Part shown: piece by piece, positions 51,828 through 64,000 of the stretch
How the letters are laid out: each line of letters starts with the position of its first letter
Position numbering within the stretch: position 1 is the first letter of the stretch
Assembly (NCBI RefSeq): GCF_009914755.1
Contig: NC_060930.1
Source: the human T2T-CHM13v2.0 reference genome, Homo sapiens
DNA: 64,000 nucleotides
Strand: one strand, 5' to 3'
The notes under the pieces: generated by a model
Database searches by the model: none
What the model saw: only the letters and a program-made list of their open reading frames with translations
Told to the model about the DNA's origin: nothing
Made by a program: the position numbers and the translations under genes

Positions 51828-54354
51828 CCACTCTGGAACCTGGCTGTCATGGGCTTACACTTGCCTCACTTATCATATATGTCACCCAATTAATTATTTT
51901 CTACTTTGACATCCACTCTTGTATGCCCCCTGGGCTGTGCTGAGACTGGCTCCACCCAGATCTTTTTGACAAGGAAGACTGCCTGACTCCAGTTGAAAGG
52001 TGTGAGAATATACAATGTAGAAAATTAATCAGCCAAGGCAGGAAAAAAAAAATAGATGGAGAAGGAAAAGCTTCTTTGCTGTTTCCATTAGCATCCTTTC
52101 ATTCCTCTTTCCTTATGCTTCTCTTGGACTTTTTCTAATTGTAGAACGCTTGGTGCAGAAGAAAACAGCAGTCAGAAGAGTCGACAGAAGAGTGAAGTTG
52201 GGTGCTAGTCAGGCCTGGTGATTTATGTGCCCATCTGCACGGGTTTGAATCTCTATTCAGGCACATAGTGAATTGAGGCCAGGTGGCCAAGGCCCTAGGG
52301 CAGATTGGGCAGGTAGACTTAAAGCACAGACACAAACTCGCAGACATTTACATATGTGCATGACTTTGAGAAACTTCCTTGGAGGCGGGGTAGAAAGAGT
52401 GCATTCTAGAAAGCGAGGGACTCAGGTTCAAGACTAATGCTCTTTTTGTGGCCTTTGCATGTAACATGATTTCTCAGTTTTCTCACCTGAGATAAAAATG
52501 TTGATCATCTCCAAGGACACTTGCAGCCCCTATGCTCCATAATTATGCCATGCTATTTTACCCTTCCACTGAAGGAACTTCACCACCCCCAGCAGCCGGG
52601 GATGGCAGGCAGGTTGCTAAGCCCCCACCTTCAGCCTTCCTTGGGCTGCAAAGGACCTTGTAGACAGCCCAGGCAATGAAATACTGCTCCCCCAAATAAT
52701 GCAAGTTAGCAACAAAATCAGGGGAACAAAAACCTATATTGTATGCTAAGGGGCTGAGGTATCTAAAACTAAGAAAAGGGCCTTGAAGAATTGGAAATGG
52801 AAGCCCCACAGATCACGGGAGCGAGGAACATTGGGGTTCTGTTCCCATAACAGAGCTCATCCCTCCACACAGCGTGTGTGGGGGCGTTCAGATAACCCCG
52901 GCAGGTCAGACCTCCTAGATTACTACTGGCCAGGACCAGAATTTAGACAAGTTGTTGGAACACAGAAAAGCAATTTGGTATTGAAGGGTATTAAAATTAC
53001 CAGTAGCTTTTAAAAATTCCTCCCCAAAATGAATAATAAAAACATTTTGGCCATTTGGTCATAAATAGAGCAGTTCAATAGCACAAGAAATCACGCCGAC
53101 AGTGCAGGGAGACATAAAGGCTCTGAATTATGTATTAATATGTCACGTGAGAAGAAAAAGTGCTAAAGAAATAGTGTAAGAAAAATAAATAAAGCCACAT
53201 TAAAAGTGAACGTGTCCCATTTGGTCAGTTATGTCAAACGTAAAACAACAAAAAGCCCCGTTTGGAAGTTAACATTTTTAATTTCACTGCTGCCTTCTCC
53301 ATTATAAACTGTACTGAGGTGTGAATAGACCCTGGGCTGAAACATTGATTTTTATGTCTACATTGAATATAAATACATTTTTAAAGAATGTGCAAGGTAG
53401 GACATGTATAAAAATATTAAATTGGAACTGACAGTCCTCTTGCCATCATTATTTCCTTCAAGAAAGACCACATTTTACTGGGACCTCTGATCAGCAGGTG
53501 CTTGGAGGACCTGACCCCAGGCTCTGATCTAGAATGGACTGTTCTGAATATGCCTAACTTGGGCCTTAATTTTCTTGTCTGTGAGGTTAGTGTTAGGTAT
53601 ATTTTCTTATTTATTATTATTAACGATAGCAACAACACAATTACCGCTCCTGTAAAGAAGTGCATTTATTGAAGTAAATACCCCCATATATTCAGAGACA
53701 AAGTCCAAAATACTAGGCTAGGGCTCCACATTTTCTGGAAATTTAGAGCCTGCTTTTTACAACATTGTCTTGAAGAACCACACAAATCTCATACATTTAA
53801 CTTTGCTGTGTTTGCTTGTGCGTTTGGGTAAATCACTAAAATTTTCTGTTTTGTATTTCAAGGAGAAAATAAATGTCACATGAATAGGAAGAATGCCACA
53901 TTTTGAAATACAGAGTTCAGTTGCTGTGGGGATGAGAATAAGGGGATTAAGGCCCAGGGGATGCATAGATGAGGGTCTTCATTGCTCCTTAGCCTTGAGC
54001 TCCTCTTCCCCACACCCAATCCCTGTTTTTCTTCCCATCTCAGCCAAACTCTGATGTGCAGAGCTAGGAGGAACTAGGAGGGTTTGGCTGATAAGGGCTG
54101 TAAATAATGTACACCTCTGCTGTTGTCCATATTATATTGGGGTGACATTCCATCTCCATGTATTGATGGCTTAGATTTCATTATAGATTTCTTTTACACT
54201 GGAAGCTTGAGTACTACTCTGGGAAGTTGCTGGTATTGAATATACTACCTTATACTATACTTATGCTAAGCTTTTCTATTCTATCTGCAGGATACTATAA
54301 TACTGATATGGTGAAAGTTGTAAATGCCATTCACATTTTTGTGAACCTCTATCA

Positions 54355-54844
<490 letters not shown>

Positions 54845-55284
54845 TTAGTAATTTCCATTTCAATTTGTTACAGAGGCATTGATGGACTTCATTTAGGCTT
54901 TGAATTCTCATTACCACATAGAATTACTCACGTTCAAGTTAGCTGCATATGGAATAAGGACAAGTGGTTAATCTGAATGGCCAGCCCCCAGTGGACAAGC
55001 TGTGCCTCTTTCCTAGGCAATATTCTTAAGGACTAACGATGTTGAGTAGAAAGTATATGAGCTTCACAGGATTGGTTTCAACACCTAGTTTACTTGCTCA
55101 AATCCTTGCAATCCACTAGTACATCAGAACAGGGGAAAGTCAACTCAACCTTTGGTCCAGATTGGAATAATCAAAAATACCTACGTTTTAGTTTTGGTTT
55201 AAAATCAAGACCCAGAAATACTTGTTGGAGGTAGCAACAGGGCTGTTGAAGGAAGATTAGAATTGGAAGAGGGATATTTAAGTT

Positions 55285-55490
55285 TTCCCATTATATGTTA
55301 GCTTTGAGGCATTGGATAGGTCACCTGACCTCTGTATTAGTCAGTTTTCTTCTCTGTGAAATAGGACAATAAAATCGTCCTGGTTATGAAAACCTTTGTG
55401 GTCATGGGTGACAGGATCAAATGAGAAAACACATGTGAAATCCTTCTGTAAAGTATGGCACCTGAAAGAAGTGTTAATTGCTATTACCAA
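55285..55490 (+). mobile_element. MIR SINE
   Basis: ggtcacctgacctctg...cagttttcttctctgtgaaataggacaataa...ggatcaaatgaga. Confidence 0.65.
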
Positions 55491-55654
55491 GGCCATGCCA
55501 GGGCTGAAGGTGAGAAATATATCAACAAGAGATGCAAACAGGGAAATGAAGTGAGCTCCCTAATGATCTGATACGACAAACACATTGCTTTCATTACCTT
55601 TATTTACATTTGACTCATGTGACTGTTACTAAGCCAGCCTTCTTGTTACCTGGC

Positions 55655-56009
55655 CCATATGGTTTGGCTGTGTCCCCATCCAAATCTCATCTTGAATTCT
55701 CATGTGTTGTGGGAGGGACCCACTGGGAGGTAATTGAATCATGGGGGCAGGTCTTTCCCTTGCTGTTCTCATGATAGTGAATAAGTCTCATGAGATCTGA
55801 TGGTTCTTATATAAGGGGGAGTTTCCCTGCACGAACTCTTTTTGCCTGCCGCCATCCATGTAAGACGTGACTTGCTCCTCCTTGCCTTCTGCCATGATTG
55901 TGAGGCCTCACCAGCCATGTGGAACTGTAAGTCCATTAAACCTCTTTCGTTTCTAAATTGCCCAGCCGTGGGTATGTCTTTATCAGCAGTTTGAAAACAG
56001 ACTAATACA
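55655..56009 (+). mobile_element. THE1A/THE1B MaLR solo LTR
   Basis: atatggtttggctgtgtccccatccaaatctcatcttgaatt...gaaaacagactaataca; 5-bp TSD CTGGC. Confidence 0.93.
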
Positions 56010-59000
56010 CTGGCCAAATCCCTTTTCTCTCTTTTGAGAAACACTGAATGCAAAGCTTTATATTCTTATAAATCTAGTTAAATAAATATATCTTATAAAC
56101 AAATACACCCACACACATTTACCTGGGCAACTGATTCAATGGATATCACTATTTATTGATATGTTCATATTGCTGGGGTCTTAGGACAAATTCTGAACCA
56201 CTTGTCATGTTTGCCACTATTTTAACAAACAGGATAAATAGATAAATAATTGAATTGTTCTTTGAAGTATTTTCCTTGGATGAAATGTTATTACCTAGAT
56301 AGTGCAGAGCCTCCGTGGATTCTTTCAGGCTTATTTATTTATTTTATAATGCCACTGCTACTGCCATAACAGGTGTGTTTGTGAAATAGTAAAATTGCAG
56401 TTAGACAAGTAGGTTAAGTAGATAACTGTCTTAGTGTGGCCTCCGAACTATAGCGAATGCTGCAATATCCAACACACCCAAGCAAAATCCAAATTTGTCA
56501 AGATGGAGGAAATTGGTAGCAATTGCATCAAATGCTCATTTATTTTTGTATCAAATGTAGTGTTGAGTGTTTTGCCCAAGATAAAGAAAACATCAGTACT
56601 AATGACTGACGTTAATCATTCTGTCATCTCTTTGATGCTCTCCTAGAAGAGGGAGAAATGCAAAATAAAATTTGTGCAGTTGTAACAAAAAAGCAAGTGC
56701 TTCATCTGAAGTTTTGTTCACCCAAGAAATATCCTGAAAGTTTCATTTAGCTGACTAAAGAGAAAATGTAGTAAATAACTAAAGGAAAATTACTAAGAAA
56801 TGCTTAAAGAAGGCTTAGGTTAGCTGCTTGGGGACTAGCAAAATAGCAATTAAGTTTATAGAATGAAGGGATTAAAAGTAACGTGAATGAAAAGTAGAAG
56901 GAAATGAACTCCGTTCTAATCTCTAAAACTGGCTTAAATAAAATGCTCATTATAGGGTGGGTTTATGAGGCACACCAGAAGCTGCAAGGATTAGGATGCA
57001 TGGATTTAAAAGCTAGGAATCTACTTTTGACGATGCTGACAAAATGCTATGAGTGGGTTCCTTTCTCGGGTGTCTCTCCAGGCTGTGCAGCAGGAATTCT
57101 ATTTGAAACCAGGTTACTTTTCAGTTTTGTCATCAGTATTAAGAATTGTTTTCAACTGATGCATTCGTGGGTCAAAAACCACAAAAATCTGCATATATAG
57201 CTTATGTTTATTTTTAGAATTCTCTTCATATTAGAAAATTGTACCAAACAGGATACTGCAAAAATCATTCCTGAAATAGTTACTGCAATTTGGGAATGGA
57301 AAGTAAATGAATAACCAAATGTACCTCTAATCTTAACTGGAAGGCATTTCCATAATTGACGCTCCCAGAACCTTCTGTGAGTGATGGGCTTGAGAGCTGA
57401 GGGATTTGACTTGAAAAGGCTCTGACACTGAATGATTTATGGCCGTGTTCCTCCCTGAGCCAGCGCCCAGTATCTGCTCTGCACAGAACATGACCAGGGC
57501 TACAGGGAGCGGAAACCTCATTTAGTTATACAGGAAGCCTAAACGATGCGGCACTTCAAAGATCACTGGGATCTTAATGGGAAGCCGGCACTCCCCAGAG
57601 CAGCAAGTGAGGGCAGGAGGCCCCCAGGGAGGTGTTCTGGACCACGGTTTATCTGCTCCCAGGCTGGGGCGCTGCCTCCCAGAGATGGAACTATCTTGAC
57701 TAAGCCTGGAGAAAGGATCCCCTTATCTGGCAAATGCTATTGCTTTCTGTGTGTAGCTGTTTTGTCGTCTTGAATATTTCATCACTCTGCAATCATCTTC
57801 CCTTTGGTTGGCTAAGCACTCTTATTAGGCAAACCCCTTGGTGCTGAAAGATCTGAAGCCTACTCACCACTCTGTAAAATCTTCATTTCTGGTATAGAGA
57901 GAAATTTCTGCCTTGTGAGAATATATTGGCCGCATGTGGCATAACTGAAACAACTTCAAAATTGGTGACGATTCTACCACTTCCAGAAATCAGTAATTGA
58001 ATAGAGAGTAAAGCAATTAGACTAGCAGACACAACTGGATTCAATCATTTGATCATTGGATCATTGATAATTTGGAATATGTATTAAATCCAACACCGTC
58101 AGAACCAAGTTCATCTTTGTACAATCTGTAATAAGAGGACTTGCTCAGTGGATAAGCCAAGCTTACCTGGGGAATGGTTAAACGCCAAGGAAAGGAAAGG
58201 TTTTGAAGTACTCACGCAGCATCCATTCAGGTAGCAGAGCCTATATGAAATTCTGCTAGTGAATACTTTTTAAACTATGTCAGGATTATTTTGTTATCTA
58301 AGAGCTATGAAATTGTTTTTTCTTAAAGTTCGAATTAATGAAGTTTCACTGAATTAATAATAAAATCTATACCAGTTTTAGGCACACTTGTATAATGAAC
58401 TTAAATAGTTTCTTATACCATCGAGATCAATTTTTAACAAAAAGAATGCATATTTGTCTCTCGTTTAGTCTGTTTTATCAAGGCGAGGCGCATAAATGGG
58501 CTCTTCCTCCTGCTGGTTTGCACAGCTCCTCTTTCTCTTCGACACCCCCACGTCCTGGCCAAGCAGATGGGCATCCCACACTTCCAGTCTCATTCCAAGA
58601 TGCTGTAGGCCACATGGCAATCTTGCATTCTCCTGGCTTATGTGTTCCAGAAGTCTAGACACTTGGCAAAGGCCCTTCAAGTGTGGAAAAGTTACACGGG
58701 GGAAACGCCCTGAGTCAGAAATGGCTTCCCTTCTTCAGCTGAGATTTTTGTGGACTGAACTTGTGAGATGCAGCTGAAGTGAAGAAAGCCATGATGTTGG
58801 GAGGGTCCAGAGAGAGGCTCAGGGAAGTGTGAGGAGTGTGGGAGCAACAGAATATCCCTCTCCCCCGACCTGCCACCGGCCCTGCATCTGATTCCATAGA
58901 AGGAGCAACACTCTGGAGAGGGGATGGAGTGGACACTCTGGATGGAGGGGATGGAGGAGGGAGGAGGCATTGCCGGGAAGCATGTCCCCAGCGTGGCACA

Positions 59001-59344
59001 GAAACCAGGCACGAACCTGGTGCTTAGGGAGTCCGAGGAAGCAGAGGGAGCCTTCGGCCCTCAGGGGCAGGAAGATGACAATGAAGAGGGCTCAGTGGAG
59101 ACTCCGGTGGATCAATGACTGAAGTTCACATGGGACAATCGATGGCACAGAAGATGGCCCTTTGGATAGAAAACATTAAAGATAAAAATCTAGCTCCCCA
59201 CCCAACCCAGAAATAAAAGCTCTTTGCACTATGCGAGCCCTTGAAATCAGGACGCCACATGGGAAGACAGTTGAGGGTTCATTGATTTGTCTAAGCTGTA
59301 AAAACTTTAGCTGATATTAAGTTGTAAAAACTGTGATGGTTCTA

Positions 59345-59431
59345 CATAAATATATCTATATTTTATATATATATTTCATATATATGTATTTCCTATTAGT
59401 TCTGTCCCCTAACAGAACCCTGACTAATACA
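59345..59431 (+). mobile_element. MLT2 LTR 3' terminal fragment
   Basis: (TA)-rich tract then tcctattagttctgtccc...gaaccctgactaataca. Confidence 0.75.
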
Positions 59432-59549
59432 GAAACATTCTTTTGAAAAATTACAATTCTTTACATCTGAGTTTTATGGGTTGAGATGCAGAAGTGTTAA
59501 AGATGCCTACAGTTGAGTGATTTCAAATAGACTACTGTGTTTCTGCCTT

Positions 59550-59900
59550 CATAGGAATTAAATTATGTCCCCACAAGTGATATGTTGGAGTCCGGAGACC
59601 CCAGAATGTGGTCAGAATGTGACTGTATTTGGAGACAGGGCCTTTGCAGAGGGAATCAGGTTACAATGAAGTCCTAATGAATGATGTGGCGGGGAGTCGG
59701 GGTGGGGTGGGGGTGGTATGTGTGTGTGTGTGCTTAATCCAGTGTGACTGGTGTCCTTGTAAAAAACAGAGAAAATTTAGATGATAGGGAAGAGAACCAG
59801 AACCGATGCTCCCTCGCAGCCTCAGAAGGAACCAACCCTGCAGACACCTTGATCTTGGACTTTGAGCTTCCAGAGCTGAGACAGTAAATTTCTGTTGTTC
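59550..59900 (+). mobile_element. MLT1B-like MaLR LTR (internally deleted)
   Basis: cagaatgtgactgtatttggagacagggcctttgcagag...gcctcagaaggaaccaaccctgcagacaccttgatcttggac. Confidence 0.8.
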
Positions 59901-59951
59901 CGGCCAGGTTTTCAGGATTCACTGTTTTTCTCTGACTAGGTCACCAAATGA

Positions 59952-60434
<483 letters not shown>

Positions 60435-60717
60435 TGATCTAAATCCTCCTGGTCCTGGGGCAGGGGTTTGCCTCTGCCACCCTGCAGGTGCAGGGCCACT
60501 GTCCCACTGTGCTGCTGTTGTCTGGCCACCTGCAGTCACAGTGCCGGCATCCAGGACGCCCTCCCCCTCTCGCTTTGACATCAGGAGAGGGGCTGCCTCC
60601 AGAGCCTTGGGAGAAGGCCACTCCTACGGCCCAGAGCGGCTGCTTTGTTGTGCCAGCAAGTGTTCCCCAAAAGGCAGGGACAATGGCCTTACTCACCTGT
60701 GAAATTCTGTTCTGGAC

Positions 60718-61573
<856 letters not shown>

Positions 61574-61583
61574 TCTTTCTGTA

Positions 61584-61861
61584 TTTTTTTGAGACAGAGT
61601 CATGCTCTGTCGCCCTGGCTGGAGTGAGGTGGCATGATTTCAGCTCACTGCAACCTCTGCCTCCCAGGTTCAAGTGATTCTCCTGCCTCAGCTGGAATTA
61701 CAGGCAGCCACCACCACACCTGGCTAATTTTTTGTATTTTTAATAGAGACGGGGTTTCACCGTGTTGGCCAGGCTGGTCTCAAACTCCTGACTTCAAGTG
61801 ATCTGTCCGCCTTGGCATCCCAAAGTGCTGGGATTACAGGCATGAACCACTGTGCCTGGCC
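61584..61861 (-). mobile_element. AluS SINE (tandem with the preceding Alu)
   Basis: gagacagagtcatgctctgtcgcc...tgtgcctggcc. Confidence 0.95.
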
Positions 61862-62518
61862 CCTCTTTCCATTTTTACATGGACTTATTGTGGCTTCCCA
61901 GTGAAGTCACTGATAGGACATTATTCTGTAGCCCTGAAAGTATGGTTTCCTGGTGAACTGATTTCCATTTTGTTTAAATAACAGCAGTCTGACTGCCTAT
62001 TACCTGAGAGAATCAATGAGGAGCAGGAATGTCTGATAAGGTGAGGCACGGTTTGCTTTGACAATCACCGTCCTGTTGCGAATATTTGTTGTATCTCTGT
62101 ATTTTCCACCTATTTGAAGCTTCATTGTATCTTTCACTCTATCACTCAGGACGGTTCTGTAAATTCATCCTTACATGTGATTTCCTCTCTGGGATAACTC
62201 AGTTATTCTGGCTTCTAGTATTTCATTCCCTATTAATGGGGTTGCTTGAACTTTTTGTGGTGTTTCTTCCTAGTTTATTTCTTTGATTTATTGGCACTGT
62301 TTAAGTTCCTGTTTCACACTAAATTCTTCTTTCTGATTCCATCTTACATCCTGTCCCCATAATTTCCTTCTCACCAATAAATGCTGACATATGTTAACTA
62401 CTGAGTCTCCCAAGCTGAACTACAATTCATTCATCCATTCATCAATCAGACTGCTGGGCCAGATTTGTTTCTTCAGTCCTAGTTTTTACCATAGGATGGA
62501 GCTTCTCAATCCTGTTTT

Positions 62519-62523
62519 TTCTT

Positions 62524-62569
<46 letters not shown>

Positions 62570-62850
62570 CTGAATTTTAGCTCTATCGCCCAGGCTGGAG
62601 TGCAGTGGCATGATCTTGGCTCACTGCATCACTGCAACCTCTGCCTCTGGGGTTCAAGCAATTCTCATGCCTCAGCCTCCCAAGTAGCTGTGACTACAGG
62701 TGCCCTCGCCCCGCTAATTTTTGTATTTTTAGTAGAGATGGGGTTTCACCATGTTGGCCAGGCTGGTCTCGAACTCCTGACCTCAAGTGATCCACTCCCT
62801 CTGCCTCCCAAAGTGCTGGGGATTACAGGCGTGAACCACCACGCCTGGCC
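62519..62850 (-). mobile_element. AluS SINE with long poly(A) tail
   Basis: TSD tcaatcctgtttt on both sides; about 40-nt T run. Confidence 0.96.
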
Positions 62851-63244
62851 TCAATCCTGTTTTAGCCTTAAATTCTGGTGCACCGGAGATGGTTGGGTCT
62901 TGATCGGCTGTGATATGCTGTGCTCATTCTGTGTGGAGAGACCTCAAAGCAGAGAACAGGCACTTGGAGGTTCTGATTTCCTGTGTTGCAGGGAACTCTC
63001 TTTTCCTCTTCACACATCCAGGGAGCGGAGGGGACATACATTCCCTGCGTGGCAGCCAGAGTCTGCCCTGGCTCTTCCCTGGAGTCCTGGATGACAGGTT
63101 GGCTGGCTTTCTCCTCTCACCGTGGCTGTGGGGTGTGGGCTGCTTCTGCCTGCCTCCTGCTGGGGAGAGCGATGCCTTCCTGAGCTGCTTTCCCGTGTCC
63201 CTGAGGCTGCTCTGGGTCAGGAGTCCCTGTGCTCTCCTCTCCAT

Positions 63245-63767
63245 AGGTAGTCAAGGAAGTAACTATGTCCTCGGGTCCAGCCACCTGGGCGACCACACCG
63301 TCAACACCATTAGCTGCAGCCTTGCGTTGTAGCCCAGCTCATTCAAGCACAGCTACCTCCAATAAGGAATTTCCCCTGTAGGGAGTGGGCTCCTTTTAAT
63401 TTTACCTGTCCTCAGGCTGACCCTTTGCTCATTAGAATAGTAAAAAACACACTCCTGTGTGGAGATTTAAGATGCTAATGAGATGGCCGAGTGCCTTGGC
63501 TTATGCCTGTAATCCCAGCACTTTGGGAGGCCGAGGTGGGTGGATCACTTAAGGTCAGGAGTTCGAGACCAGCCTGACCAACATGGTGAAACCCCGTCTC
63601 TACTGAAAATACAAAAATTAGCCGAGCATGGTGGCCGGTGCCTGCAACCTCAGCTGTTCAGGAGGCTGAGGTAGGAGAATCACTGGAACCCAGGAGGCGG
63701 AGGTTGCAGTGAACCGAGATAGCGCCATTGCACTCCGGCCTGGGAGTCTCAGGAGTGAGACTGTCTC

Positions 63768-63798
<31 letters not shown>

Positions 63799-64000
63799 CA
63801 ATCAAAAGATGCTAATGAGACATGCAACTTATGAACAAGCCGGGGCAGCTGCTGTGCCTGTGCAGCCAGAGGATCACCCAGAACATGTTCACCAGCCATG
63901 CTGCTTCCCACCTGCTTATGAAGAATCCCGGAGGACCCCCGTGAAGGGAGCCTCCCCTGTTTGCTGTCTCACCTCTCAATCCGCCGCTCCGACTTATTCG
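63245..64000 (+). mobile_element. ERV1 MER4-group LTR (MER49/MER66/LTR29-like), interrupted by an Alu
   Basis: tttgctcattagaatagtaaaaaacacactcctgtgtggagatttaagatgctaatgaga...catgc...ccagaggatcacccagaacatg motifs; exact family and left boundary uncertain. Confidence 0.65.
63485..63805 (+). mobile_element. AluS SINE
   Basis: Full dimer with poly-A; 15-bp TSD aagatgctaatgaga. Confidence 0.97.

Noticed and set aside
58035-58075. Short gatcatt reiterations
   Set aside because: Too short and degenerate to distinguish from chance slippage

Overview
This is primate (human-like) genomic DNA with no protein-coding gene that the sequence supports. The six-frame ORFs are chance ORFs, translations of repeats (Alu, L1 ORF1/ORF2 remnants, MaLR) or products of an 18-bp VNTR and a CpG island. 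Interspersed repeats make up much of the window: 14 Alus, a near-full-length old L1 (L1MA9/10-like, about 42.3-49.9 kb) with nested insertions, THE1/MST/MLT1/MLT2 LTRs, an ERV1 LTR, MER20/MER33/MER5A/Tigger2a DNA transposons, MIR/L2 fragments and a 7SL retropseudogene. Unique DNA includes a CCAAT/ETS promoter-like segment (about 4.0-4.4 kb), an orphan CpG island (about 31.0-31.9 kb) and several repeat-free enhancer-like blocks. The most notable observations are: three short locally templated duplications or insertions (one at a microsatellite, one carrying a G-quadruplex motif, one inverted with a fold-back at an Alu 5' junction); a phased four-site D-box cluster; an 18-bp VNTR rich in T-box motifs; and scattered non-coding exon candidates, including an 11-nt microexon. 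Repeat subfamily calls are by eye from remembered consensus sequences, and boundaries of old repeats are approximate. I cannot name the locus and see no evidence of a wholly new biological system.
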